Notes: generated by a model from the letters alone, not told the origin. A stretch of DNA of 64,000 nt from Candidatus Woesearchaeota archaeon (GCA_023898345.1 CP060218.1:413510-477509); one strand, 5' to 3'. Shown: positions 17,989-27,760, counted from the stretch's first letter. Numbers and translations: made by a program.

Positions 17989-19065
17989 TTAATTTCTTCC
18001 TACACAGTTTAGGTCGACAAAGGCCTGCCTTAATCTTTCTTTCATACTCTCTTCTCCTGCTCTCATAATTGCTCGTGGATCATAGTATTTTTTATTAGGT
18101 TTGTCTTTTCCTTCTGGGTTACCAATTTGTGAACGAAGGTAGGCTTTATTTTTATTCATATATTCTCGTACGCCAGAACTGTAGCCCCACTGTGCATCAG
18201 TATCAATATTAAATTTAACAACACCATAGCCGACAGCCTCACGAATTTTTTCAGCCTCAGATCCGCTTCCGCCATGAAAAACAAAGTTGACTGGTTTCTT
18301 TCCTGTTTTGAATGTCTTTTCAATATATTTCTGACAATTCTCTAGAATTTTTGGTTGAAGCTTAACATTCCCAGGTTTGTACACGCCGTGGACATTTCCA
18401 AACGTAGCCGCTACAGTAAAGCGTTTGCTAATTTTTCCTAATTCCTCAACTGTATATGCTATGTCTTCTGGTTGTGTGTACAATTTTTTGTTCTCGACTG
18501 CGGTATTGTCTACTCCGTCTTCTTCTCCTCCCGTAACGCCAACCTCAAGTTCTAGCGTTATTTTCATCTTATCAAGAACCTTGAGATATTTTTTTGAAAT
18601 CTTAATGTTTTCCTTAAGAGTTTCTTGGGAAAGGTCAATCATATGAGAAGAAAAAAGGGGTCTCTTTGTTTTTTTGAACTGTTCCTTATCTGCTTTTATC
18701 ATGCCATCAAGCCAGGGGAGCAATTTCTTTGCACAGTGGTCTGAGTGCATAATCACAGGGACACCATATATTTTTGCAAGAGAATGAACGTGCTGTGCTG
18801 CACAAACTGCTCCTAGTACGGAGGCTTCTTGTTTCGAATTGTCCAAACCTTTTCCTGCTATGAACGCAGCGCCGCCGTTTGATACCTGAATGATGATGGG
18901 AGACTTGATGTCTCTTGCAATTTCAAGAGCAGCATTTATTGTACTTGTGCTTGTCACGTTAACTGCAGGAATTGCAAACTTTTTTTCTTTAGCATGCAAA
19001 AACAACTTTGTTACATCATCTCCAAACAAAACTCCGGGTTTCACAATATCTAAAACTTTTACCAT
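17989..19065 (-). CDS. fba: Fructose-bisphosphate aldolase, class II (bacterial/fungal long type)
   Basis: VPVIMHSDHC and GNVHGVYKPGNVKL are class II FBA signatures. Confidence 0.85.
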   Translation of the reverse strand: MVKVLDIVKPGVLFGDDVTKLFLHAKEKKFAIPAVNVTSTSTINAALEIARDIKSPIIIQVSNGGAAFIAGKGLDNSKQEASVLGAVCAAQHVHSLAKIYGVPVIMHSDHCAKKLLPWLDGMIKADKEQFKKTKRPLFSSHMIDLSQETLKENIKISKKYLKVLDKMKITLELEVGVTGGEEDGVDNTAVENKKLYTQPEDIAYTVEELGKISKRFTVAATFGNVHGVYKPGNVKLQPKILENCQKYIEKTFKTGKKPVNFVFHGGSGSEAEKIREAVGYGVVKFNIDTDAQWGYSSGVREYMNKNKAYLRSQIGNPEGKDKPNKKYYDPRAIMRAGEESMKERLRQAFVDLNCVGRN

Positions 19066-19167
19066 TGTAGAATGTTTGGAGAGGTATTTTAAATAATTGT
19101 GTTATTCTTTTTCTGGAATGAATTCTTAAGAAAAGTTAAAGAAGTAGATTTTTTGAAGATAGTAATC

Positions 19168-19968
19168 TTACTTTTTTTTCTTTATAGATTTCTTTTTTTT
19201 CGAACATACGATAATAAGTTGGGGGGAAGTGAGGGAATTGGAAAAATTAAATCCGAGCTTGTATAATCCAATCATGAAGGGGTCGAAAATAAGTCTTTGT
19301 CCAAGAAAAAAAAATAGTCTGATGGTGTCAAGAATCTTATTTTTGTATGTTAATAACCCGAGATTGAGAAGACCTCCACAATAAAATAGTTCATGTGTTT
19401 TGTATTGTTTAAAATATGTTTTCAAAGAAGTTTTTTCCATAATTGTGAGGTTGTGTGAATCAATGAGTTCTTTTGACAGAAATGGTTTGTATATACTTCT
19501 TAGGTTAGGGATGGCAATAATGACATAACCGCTTTCTTTGACGAGAGCAAAATGTCTGTCGATGCATTCTTGTGGGTTGTCAAAATGTTCAATAAAACCA
19601 ATTGAATAAACAATATCATATTTATTTTTATTTTTTTTTAGAAAGGCATCATCAAAAAAATCAGCATGAAATATTTTTCCTTTTACATTATTCTTCGAAA
19701 AATTTTCTTCTATTTTCTTCATTCCTTCCTCACTATATTCAACACCGGCAACATCCAAATTAAATTGTTTGTTAAAAGCAATGAGGTAGTTGGCTGGAGC
19801 ACATCCTACTTCAAAAATTGTCTTTGCTTTTGCTTTCTTTGCGTATTTCTTAACTAAGAGGTTTAGCTCATAATTTTGAAGTCCTTGAAGTAGTGGAGAC
19901 TGAACATAGCCAAAACCTTTTTTGTGTACACTGTCCCAGTATGATTTTTTTGCAAGTTTTTTTGCCAT
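19168..19968 (-). CDS. Class I SAM-dependent methyltransferase
   Basis: IFEVGCAPANYLIAF is a glycine-rich SAM-binding motif I. Last gene of the asnB–MT–GT–MT operon. Confidence 0.6.
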   Translation of the reverse strand: MAKKLAKKSYWDSVHKKGFGYVQSPLLQGLQNYELNLLVKKYAKKAKAKTIFEVGCAPANYLIAFNKQFNLDVAGVEYSEEGMKKIEENFSKNNVKGKIFHADFFDDAFLKKNKNKYDIVYSIGFIEHFDNPQECIDRHFALVKESGYVIIAIPNLRSIYKPFLSKELIDSHNLTIMEKTSLKTYFKQYKTHELFYCGGLLNLGLLTYKNKILDTIRLFFFLGQRLIFDPFMIGLYKLGFNFSNSLTSPQLIIVCSKKKKSIKKKK

Positions 19969-19969
19969 T

Positions 19970-21115
19970 TTATTTTAGTTTTTCTCCTTTTATGAGTTTA
20001 CTCATTTTTTTTGCTTGTTTTTCAAGGGAAAATTCTTTTTTTATTCTTTTTGCTGCTTCTTTACCCATTTTTATTCTAAGTTTTTTGTCTAAGAGAATTT
20101 TTATTTTTTGGATAAGATCTGTTACTGATCCTGTTTCAAAAATGAGGCCACTTACTCCTTCTTCTACATAATCTTTTGCTCCACATGTATCTGAGATGAC
20201 ACAGGGGACTTGACATGCCATAGCTTCACTAACGCTAATTCCTATTGCTTCATTAAAACTTGGCAGAACAAAAATATCTGTTTCTCTATAATATTTTACA
20301 ATGTTTTGGTAGGGAATTTTTCCTAAGAAAAGAACTTGCTTTTTTATTCCAAGCTCTTTTGCAAGAAGCATATTTTTTGCAAGTGTTGGTCCTTCTCCAA
20401 TGAGTGTCAGTCGTACTGGAATTTTTTCTGCATGTAGGGCGGCTACTGCTCGGATTATGTCGCTGTGCTTTTTGTATGCAACAAAACGACCTACCATAAG
20501 GACTTCAAGACGGTTTGATTTGTGAGTAGAACTTTTTTCTTTTTTTGGAAAGAATATTTTTGTGTCAACTCCTGGTAGAATTGCTTCAACAATTTTTTCT
20601 TTTATTGAAGGAAAGTTTTTTTTAAAATATTCTTCACTTTCTTTTACCCAGGGGATAAGTAGATTTGTTGTTTCTATTATTTTCTCGCCCCAGGTTTTTA
20701 CAAATGCTTTGAATAAAAGTGAGTCAATGTTTGAGCTTGGCATTCTTTTCAATTCTGTTTGTAGAAAAAAAGGAATGGAGTGTTTGCGACAAAGGGAAGC
20801 TGTCTGTACTGTTGATGGAAGATAAAAAAGGTTTGTTATGACGATGTCTGGTTTCTCGCGGAGAAAAAGTTCTTCTAATTCTTTTCCATATTTGAGTAGG
20901 TAGGCATTTGGTTCTTTTTTGTAGAAATAAAGGTAGTCTGCAATGTCGCTAACAGGCAAAACTACTACTTTGTACTTGTTCTTTTCATAGAAAGGAAATT
21001 TGTTTGAAAGGACCATTATAATTTCAATGTCTTTATCAAGAGAGTTGAAAAGATTATTGTAAATTGAGTTATACCAATTACACAAATAGATTACTTTCTT
21101 TTTTTGTTTTTTCAT
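19970..21115 (-). CDS. Glycosyltransferase family 4 (GT-B fold)
   Basis: The C-terminal FVLPSFNEAIGISVSEAMACQVPCVISDTCG is the GT4 signature (EX7E-like). Confidence 0.75.
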   Translation of the reverse strand: MKKQKKKVIYLCNWYNSIYNNLFNSLDKDIEIIMVLSNKFPFYEKNKYKVVVLPVSDIADYLYFYKKEPNAYLLKYGKELEELFLREKPDIVITNLFYLPSTVQTASLCRKHSIPFFLQTELKRMPSSNIDSLLFKAFVKTWGEKIIETTNLLIPWVKESEEYFKKNFPSIKEKIVEAILPGVDTKIFFPKKEKSSTHKSNRLEVLMVGRFVAYKKHSDIIRAVAALHAEKIPVRLTLIGEGPTLAKNMLLAKELGIKKQVLFLGKIPYQNIVKYYRETDIFVLPSFNEAIGISVSEAMACQVPCVISDTCGAKDYVEEGVSGLIFETGSVTDLIQKIKILLDKKLRIKMGKEAAKRIKKEFSLEKQAKKMSKLIKGEKLK

Positions 21116-21924
21116 TTTTTTCTGGCGATAATGAGGTTGGTCATTCCTAATTTTAGAGGGTCATTTTTGTGGAAATATTTTTCGAGAAACTTTCCGCTCT
21201 TTACTGAGAGGCTTCCAAAAAAACCGGCAGAGAAGCAAAGTGCTTCTTCATCAACAATTTTAAATTTTTCTTCAAGTAATGAGTGAATGCGTTTTTTCTT
21301 GAATGGCACAAAGATATTTGCAAGAGGGGAATAGGGAAGTGCATCTTTGCGGATTTTTTTTTTAATACTATTATATAATCTTACGAAGTGTGGGGAGCTG
21401 TCTAGTAGACAAGAGGTACTAAAACGGAGGATACGAAAGACTGATTGGCTGTTTCCGTAGGTGAAAATTAGTAGGCTATCTTTTTTCATCATGGAAGCAA
21501 TTTTTTCCAATGCTCTTTTATTATCTTCTAGGTATCCAATAACTCCCATTAGAAAAATTACATCAAAGGTCTTTTTTATTTTTGCTTTGTCAATGTTGAG
21601 GACTTCAAACTGTAAATTCTTTTGTTGTTTGTATTTTTTTTTTGCATGTTGGATCATCTGTGGAGCTATGTCTGTGCCAAGACAGGTCCAATTTTCATTG
21701 TGTTTAGCAAGTTCAGAAATATTAAATCCTGCTCCACATCCAATTTCAAGAATAGTACATTTTTTATCTTTATAGTATGTTTCGATTTCTTTTTTTGTAA
21801 TTTCTAGTCTTCTTTTTCTTTCCCAAGAAATAATGTCTTTTCCTGAATCTTCTGTCCAAAATTTCACTTCTTTATTGAAGCGATTCTTTGAAACGTCATT
21901 TAAACTTTTTACTTTGCTACCCAT
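21112..21924 (-). CDS. Class I SAM-dependent methyltransferase
   Basis: ILEIGCGAGFNISEL; overlaps its neighbours in ATGA fashion. Confidence 0.65.
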   Translation of the reverse strand: MGSKVKSLNDVSKNRFNKEVKFWTEDSGKDIISWERKRRLEITKKEIETYYKDKKCTILEIGCGAGFNISELAKHNENWTCLGTDIAPQMIQHAKKKYKQQKNLQFEVLNIDKAKIKKTFDVIFLMGVIGYLEDNKRALEKIASMMKKDSLLIFTYGNSQSVFRILRFSTSCLLDSSPHFVRLYNSIKKKIRKDALPYSPLANIFVPFKKKRIHSLLEEKFKIVDEEALCFSAGFFGSLSVKSGKFLEKYFHKNDPLKLGMTNLIIARKK

Positions 21925-23816
21925 TTCTTATACCACGCATCCCAAATGTAAAGACGGATTTTATAGATATTAAAAAGTTTATTCTCTTCTTTAAGGACTT
22001 TGCCTTCATAGAACTCACTTAATTCACGGGGAAAGACATCTGCATATTTTTTGAGAATTTTTGAAAATTTGTCTGATTCTTCAAGTATCCATTTGTCAAG
22101 TGGTGGTTCAAAGCCTTGTTTTCCTCTGCTTATAATTTCTTGTGGGACTAGGTCTTTTATGATTTCTCTCATTAATGTTTTTGTTTTGTGTAGGCTTAAT
22201 CTGTACTTGTGGGGAATGGTTTGTGAGTACTCAATGAAGCGATAATCGAGAAAGGGCGATCGGAGTTCGAGCGCATGATACATGGAAACTCTGTCGGCTC
22301 TGCACAAGAAATTGTCTGCGAGTGTATTGTAAAGAAGATCGTAGAGCCGCAGGGCATCACTTAAATCTTGTTTGCTTAGTTTTAGGCATTCTTTTAATTT
22401 TTGTTCACTCCATTTTTGAAATGTTTTTGGCAAGTATTTCTCGCTTTCTAGTGCTTTTGCATGAAATTGTTCAGGTTCACAAAGAGAAAGTTTGGCGGCT
22501 TGTGTTAAGAGGTAAAAGGAGGTAAAGGAAGCGAGATTCTTTTTTGAAGGAAGTTTTATCAAAGACTTGCGTACAAAGACGGGAAGTTTTCGAAGCAAAC
22601 TTAATCTTTTTCCTGCGAGGTGTGCGTTGTAGCCTGAAAAAATTTCATCTCCTCCGTCGCCTGTTAGCAAAACAGTAACCTCTTTTTTTGCTTCTTCAGA
22701 AATTTTGTCTTGTGGAAGGGCAGAATAGTCTGCAAAGGGTTCATCAAATATTTTTACATAATGTTGATATGCTTTTTTCAGGTCATTTTGAATAAAGTAT
22801 TGGTGGTGGTGTTTTGTTTTGTACTGTTTCTTTACTAGAGAAATATAGGGGGTCTCATCATACTCTTTTTCTTTAAAACCTACGGAGTAGGTATGTACTT
22901 TTTCTTTGTTTTTGCTGTTTTCTTCTTTGAGAATGTTTTTCATACTTGCGACAACTGAGGAGGAATCGAGTCCTCCACTTAGGAAAGCTCCCACTGGTAC
23001 GTCAGAGCGGAGGCGAATTTTTGTTGCATCTTTTAGTAGTTCTTTTCCTTCTTCTATTAATTTTTTGCGATTGTATTCTGGCTCATATTTTGGGATTTGA
23101 AAATATTTTCTTTTGCTTGGTGTTTCTTTCTTTTTGAGATCAAAGATCAGATTATGTCCTGCTTCTAGTTTGTAAATAGATTCAAATATTGTTAATGGTG
23201 CTGGTATATATCCTAAGGTAAAGTAAAACTCAACTGCTTCTGGCACTATGTTGTTTTTTTGATTACTTCTAAGATGTTTGTGTTCTAGTATTCCTTTTAA
23301 TTCTGATGAAAAGATAAAGGTCTCATTTTTGTAATGGTAATAAAATGGTTTAACTCCTAAGCGGTCTCTTGAGCAGAATAGCTGTTGTTTTTTTCTGTCG
23401 TAGATGACAAAGGCCCACATTCCATTAAAGTGTTTACAACAGTCTTCTCCCCATTTGTCGTAGGCTGCCATAATAACTTCAGTGTCGCCTTGTGTTGTGA
23501 AATGATATCCTTCTTCTCCTAATTCTTTTCGTAGTTCTTGATAATTGTAAATTTCTCCGTTAAAAACGATGCAATATTTTGCTTTTTCATTGTTTTCTTT
23601 TTGGATTTTACTGTTAGAGGCGCCTTCTTCTTTTGAGTAGAACATGGGCTGGTAAGCGGCTTCTGAAAGATCGATGATTGCAAGACGCAGATGTCCAAGG
23701 CTAATATTTTCTTCACAGTGGGTTGCTCCTCCGTCGGGGCCTCTGTGAGAAATTGCTTTATTCATATTCTCAACAAGGGTTTCATTGGGAAAGGAGAATC
23801 CATTTATTCCACACAT
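21909..23816 (-). CDS. asnB: Asparagine synthase (glutamine-hydrolysing)-type amidotransferase
   Basis: N-terminal MCGI nucleophile and SGGLDSS PP-loop. Confidence 0.85.
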   Translation of the reverse strand: MCGINGFSFPNETLVENMNKAISHRGPDGGATHCEENISLGHLRLAIIDLSEAAYQPMFYSKEEGASNSKIQKENNEKAKYCIVFNGEIYNYQELRKELGEEGYHFTTQGDTEVIMAAYDKWGEDCCKHFNGMWAFVIYDRKKQQLFCSRDRLGVKPFYYHYKNETFIFSSELKGILEHKHLRSNQKNNIVPEAVEFYFTLGYIPAPLTIFESIYKLEAGHNLIFDLKKKETPSKRKYFQIPKYEPEYNRKKLIEEGKELLKDATKIRLRSDVPVGAFLSGGLDSSSVVASMKNILKEENSKNKEKVHTYSVGFKEKEYDETPYISLVKKQYKTKHHHQYFIQNDLKKAYQHYVKIFDEPFADYSALPQDKISEEAKKEVTVLLTGDGGDEIFSGYNAHLAGKRLSLLRKLPVFVRKSLIKLPSKKNLASFTSFYLLTQAAKLSLCEPEQFHAKALESEKYLPKTFQKWSEQKLKECLKLSKQDLSDALRLYDLLYNTLADNFLCRADRVSMYHALELRSPFLDYRFIEYSQTIPHKYRLSLHKTKTLMREIIKDLVPQEIISRGKQGFEPPLDKWILEESDKFSKILKKYADVFPRELSEFYEGKVLKEENKLFNIYKIRLYIWDAWYKKWVAK

Positions 23817-24222
23817 ATTTTTACTTCTCTAAAAGAGCTTTATATGTTTTTGTACGAATTTTCTTTGGAGAGGATTTTAACTTCTTTTGGCAGAGCCGTT
23901 CTGACAATGTTTCGTTCACCCTGTAAATGTTAAGAAGCGAATGTTCAAGTAATGCTGTTTTTCAAACGAATAGTTATATTAAGATTTTAACATGGGAATT
24001 TAATGAAGTTTGATTTTCCCTCGTGAAGCTAAGCGGAACAGAGCTGGAAAATCAAATTTGAATGGAGGGGCTGCAAGGATCTGGAATTGTTAAATTCCTG
24101 TTAGTTTCGTCTGACTAAAGGGAAGGCCTAAACTTTGGTGCAACGTTCCGAAGGAAAATTTTAGAGTTTTTGAATTGCAGGTCTGAAATAAATGCAACCG
24201 GAGGGAGTCTAAATAGAAAATA

Positions 24223-24615
24223 TTAATCACGTGCAGAAGGTGCATTTGTATAAATTTCAATAGTAGGATATTGATATCTTGAAATCACATCAGCCAAGGG
24301 TGTATTCGGTTCTATAAAACCATTGTATCCTGGTCTATGATAAACTCCGGGTGGTTCTTCTTGAACAATAATCCCCATGTGTTCAACCCTATCTCCACGA
24401 ATTACCAATACTGCTCCTTCTTTAGGAGTTTCTATTTTTATCATTTTCTCTAATAAATTCTCAACAATTCCATCTTCCCATCTTTTTTCACCTGAACCTA
24501 TGTAAGTGTCATAATTAGAAACTCCGAGGACATATAGTACTGTACCTATGCAATTGGTTCCACTCCTAGTAGATTCTGCAATCTTCATTCTTTTTTTTAC
24601 TCTATCAGTTAGCAC
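24223..24615 (-). CDS. Hypothetical protein (130 aa), possible Cys/His papain-like fold
   Basis: Has NCIGTV...VEHMGIIV. Flanked by unusually long non-coding regions. Confidence 0.35.
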   Translation of the reverse strand: MLTDRVKKRMKIAESTRSGTNCIGTVLYVLGVSNYDTYIGSGEKRWEDGIVENLLEKMIKIETPKEGAVLVIRGDRVEHMGIIVQEEPPGVYHRPGYNGFIEPNTPLADVISRYQYPTIEIYTNAPSARD

Positions 24616-24946
24616 AGTTATTAGAGAAAACCAATTATTTTTAAATCTATTGCGGAGTGTGTCACTGAATAGTAAGTAATACTTTCTTTGAGAAATTCAA
24701 AAATTGCAATTAACAACGGGATTTAGGGAAGTTTCGAACGTAGTGAGAAATTTGGGTAAAATTCTGCAAGAATTTTCCTCTAAATCCTTGTTATGTCTGG
24801 GTGAGCGATAGCGAAAGTCTGCAAGACGTCCCCGACTGACCAGAGGGAAGGGGAGAGTTTCTAAATCTCGTCCGAGCATAGCGAGAGTAAAATTAAGGAG
24901 GGCGTTTTTTGTTTTTGAAATAGATTGAAATATTTTAATATAATTA

Positions 24947-25849
24947 TTATGATAAAAAATAAATAAGTATAGGTATAAAAATAATTCCTATTAATATTGA
25001 ATATGAAATTATACTTGTTGCAAATTCTTTATCTAAATTTTCCATTGATGCAAATGTTAATGTATTGTAACCAATTGGAGCCGATGCACTAATTAATACA
25101 ATTATTTTATTTAATCCTTCTAAATTAAATAAATATACAAAAATAAAACCTAACAATAGTCCTACAAACATTCTAATAAAAATTGCAGAAATCAAAGGAA
25201 GTATCTTAACTATTTTTGGACTAAAATATATTCCTAAAGATAACATTATTAATGGAATTGTCATATTTCCCAAAATTTGGAAAAAACTAATTCCAATTTC
25301 ATGAATTTTTGTTTGTGTTAAATTTAATACTATTGCTAAAAATAAAGCCCAAAGTGGAGGGGAATAAATAAATTTTTTAATCATTGCTTTAGAATCTCGT
25401 TTATTATTCCCATATTTACATGCTAAATAGTATACTATTGTAAAAGCAAGTAGTCCATTTCCGAAATCAAATAATGATGCTCTAGCTAAACCCTCTTTAC
25501 CATATGCTGCGATAAAAAATGGCAAAGTGAAACCAAGGTTCATAATCATTGTTCCAACTAAAAAAACACCAAAAGATTCGTTTTTTAGATGAAATAATTT
25601 TCCGACTAAAAAAGATACTCCATATGTTAGACCAATTATTAACATAGCAATCACTGGAAAATATATCAAATTAAAAGAAAGAGTAATATTTGAAATTGAA
25701 ATTAGAATTAAAGCAGGGAGAGAAACATAAAAATTCAATTTTAATAAAAAGTCAGCATTATCTTTTTTCACTAATTTAGCCTTTTTTAATAAATAGCCTA
25801 AAACAAAAATTAAAATTATAGGAATAATCTTTATTGCTATTTCGTTCAT
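24947..25849 (-). CDS. AEC (auxin efflux carrier/malate permease-like) family transporter
   Basis: 300 aa, about 10 TM segments, family-like topology. Confidence 0.6.
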   Translation of the reverse strand: MNEIAIKIIPIILIFVLGYLLKKAKLVKKDNADFLLKLNFYVSLPALILISISNITLSFNLIYFPVIAMLIIGLTYGVSFLVGKLFHLKNESFGVFLVGTMIMNLGFTLPFFIAAYGKEGLARASLFDFGNGLLAFTIVYYLACKYGNNKRDSKAMIKKFIYSPPLWALFLAIVLNLTQTKIHEIGISFFQILGNMTIPLIMLSLGIYFSPKIVKILPLISAIFIRMFVGLLLGFIFVYLFNLEGLNKIIVLISASAPIGYNTLTFASMENLDKEFATSIISYSILIGIIFIPILIYFLS

Positions 25850-25896
25850 AAATATTACTCAGAATTAATCATTTATAAATATATTTGGTATTTTAA

Positions 25897-26882
25897 GTCA
25901 GTTGCATAAATCCTCCCTATCTGTGAGATTTTGCAACCACACAAAACACTGCACCATTCTAAACACACTTTGAAGTTCATACTTCAAAGATCTACAAGCA
26001 TCCCCAAACCTTCGTTTAAATGCACTAAAACTACGTTCTACTGCAGTTCTGAGTCCATAATCAGAAAAATATTTCCATAAGTCAAAATCAATTTGTTGCA
26101 AAGTAAATTCTCTGTATCTCAAAGGTTGAGCCAAAATTTTTGGTTTAGCATTTTTGCGAATGGGAATTACGGTTTGAATCTGATTTTTGTAACAAAAATC
26201 AAATAATTCTATTGCGTCATAGCCACCATCCCCAAATATTTTTTTTGGAAAAATGCTTATTTCCTTTAAATTCCTTAAAGCAATTTTTGCATCTCCTCCC
26301 CCTTTTTCAGTGGTGACATCAAAAAAAACAACTTCATGTCTTTCATTAATACCAAAATGAATTTTGGTAAAACTTCTCCTTGTTTTCCATTTATAGGCCA
26401 TGTATCCTGACCGTTTTACTTGGCTCATTCCCGTGCTATCAACAATCAAATACTTATATCTCTTATTTGTAAAATTGTGTTGTTTAACCTCTGCTTTTTG
26501 TACAATTCTACGCCAAAGTGTAGTATAAACAGCAACTCTGGGAAGTTTCAAATAATTGCTTAAAGCAAGAAGGAAGCCTTCTAACTCACGAAATGTGAGT
26601 TGATGAATGAATCTTAGTCTTGAACAAAATTCAATGAAATTTTCGGGATAAATTTCAGGTCTGCCTTTGCAACCTGTTTGAACAGGTTGCCATTCTTGAC
26701 TCAACCAAGAATGCAAAACTATAAATCCTTCGTGAACATATTTATTTCTGTTGTGAGCTTTCATTTAGCGATAAAGTTCTCACAACTTTAGTTCTAAAAG
26801 TTAAGATGTCACTGGGCTTCCAGTCGCAGCAACCTTAGAAATCAAGTAGAAATTTAATTTACAAATGATTTATGCAACTGAC
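25897..26882 (-). mobile_element. IS5-family-like insertion sequence (986 bp) with 16-bp perfect terminal inverted repeats and a ~12-bp flanking direct repeat
   Basis: GTCAGTTGCATAAATC at 25897-25912, and its reverse complement at 26867-26882. TTTGGTATTTTA flanks both ends (25884-25895 and 26883-26894). Confidence 0.65.
25898..26764 (-). CDS. DDE transposase, IS5-family-like
   Basis: DSTG...GDGGYDA...VERSFSAFKRRFG matches the IS5 DDE_Tnp_1 pattern (IDST / DKGYDS / VERxFxxLK). Confidence 0.7.
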   Translation of the reverse strand: MKAHNRNKYVHEGFIVLHSWLSQEWQPVQTGCKGRPEIYPENFIEFCSRLRFIHQLTFRELEGFLLALSNYLKLPRVAVYTTLWRRIVQKAEVKQHNFTNKRYKYLIVDSTGMSQVKRSGYMAYKWKTRRSFTKIHFGINERHEVVFFDVTTEKGGGDAKIALRNLKEISIFPKKIFGDGGYDAIELFDFCYKNQIQTVIPIRKNAKPKILAQPLRYREFTLQQIDFDLWKYFSDYGLRTAVERSFSAFKRRFGDACRSLKYELQSVFRMVQCFVWLQNLTDREDLCN

Positions 26883-27003
26883 TTTGGTATTTTAGAATTT
26901 ATTTAAAATTTGAGATAAACTCAAATTTAACGGGATTTTTTATTCAGTGGGACAGAGCCTTTAGCGGCGTACATTTATAAATAATTAAAACTCTTCTTTA
27001 AGC

Positions 27004-27558
27004 ATGATTTTAGATTTTGTAGACGAACCATTTAATAAAGAACAAATTTTTCAAGAGATAGTTGGTTGTTTTAATGGGTTTGAACAACTTGTTCTTTATC
27101 ACGGAACAACAAATTTATTCAAAGATCAAATTCTTTCAGAGGGTCTTAAGGCCAGATATTTAGTTTCAAATTCTGTTTATGAAGGAAAAGAAGTTAATGG
27201 AGAAAATCTTGAATCAAATCCAAATCTAGTTTATATTGGAAGTCTTTGCATGGCGAGATGGTTAGGAATTAACGCACCAAAGAAATATGGAGGGAATTTT
27301 ATTTTATTCCAACTATTGTTAGATAGAAGAGACTTACTTCCAGATGAAGATTCAAGAAAAACTGATGGGATAGAATCTCTGGTTTGGGAAGGTAGTGCGG
27401 CCATTCAATCCCATATACCTCCTGAAAGAATTATTGGGTATAGTGAGGTTATAGACTATTGTGGAACTGATAGTGAAAGGGAATTTCTACCAATTAGACC
27501 TGTTGGTGATGTTGTTAGATTCACATATGAATCACACAGAGAACTTCTTAGCCGCTAA
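27004..27558 (+). CDS. Hypothetical protein (184 aa)
   Basis: ORF only. Confidence 0.4.
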   Translation: MILDFVDEPFNKEQIFQEIVGCFNGFEQLVLYHGTTNLFKDQILSEGLKARYLVSNSVYEGKEVNGENLESNPNLVYIGSLCMARWLGINAPKKYGGNFILFQLLLDRRDLLPDEDSRKTDGIESLVWEGSAAIQSHIPPERIIGYSEVIDYCGTDSEREFLPIRPVGDVVRFTYESHRELLSR

Positions 27559-27604
27559 AAAATATTGCAATTAACGACTATTAAACGTAATAATGCTTTG
27601 TTTT

Positions 27605-27760
27605 ATGGTTGGCAAACAGATTGTTGGTGCTGAAATTAATGCATTGGTCATGCAAGAATGTAACATCAAAGGATATTCACAAAAAAAAATTAACAGCTAC
27701 TTGAACCACGTCAATGAATTCATTGCATCAAAGAAAACCTCACGAGACTACTCACTATAG
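27605..27760 (+). pseudogene. Possible remnant of a tyrosine recombinase/integrase N-terminal (SAM-like core-binding) domain
   Basis: The 51-aa ORF ...IKGYSQKKINSYLNHVNEFIAS resembles the S..T..AY..dl..F motif of the integrase N-domain. No catalytic domain follows. Lies about 360 bp upstream of tRNA-Arg. Confidence 0.25.

Noticed and set aside
24800-24860. GACCAGAGGGAAGGGGAGAG; considered the SRP RNA helix-8 motif (CAGGxCCGGAAGGxAGCA)
   Set aside because: Only a partial match, and the flanking stem could not be built by eye. Left as a generic ncRNA candidate region rather than called.
24697-27580. Shared motif AATTGCAATTAAC(A/G)AC at 24697 and 27566; considered as IS or element boundaries
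   Set aside because: Short AT-rich palindrome-containing 13-mer; no extended similarity around it. Likely chance in AT-rich DNA.
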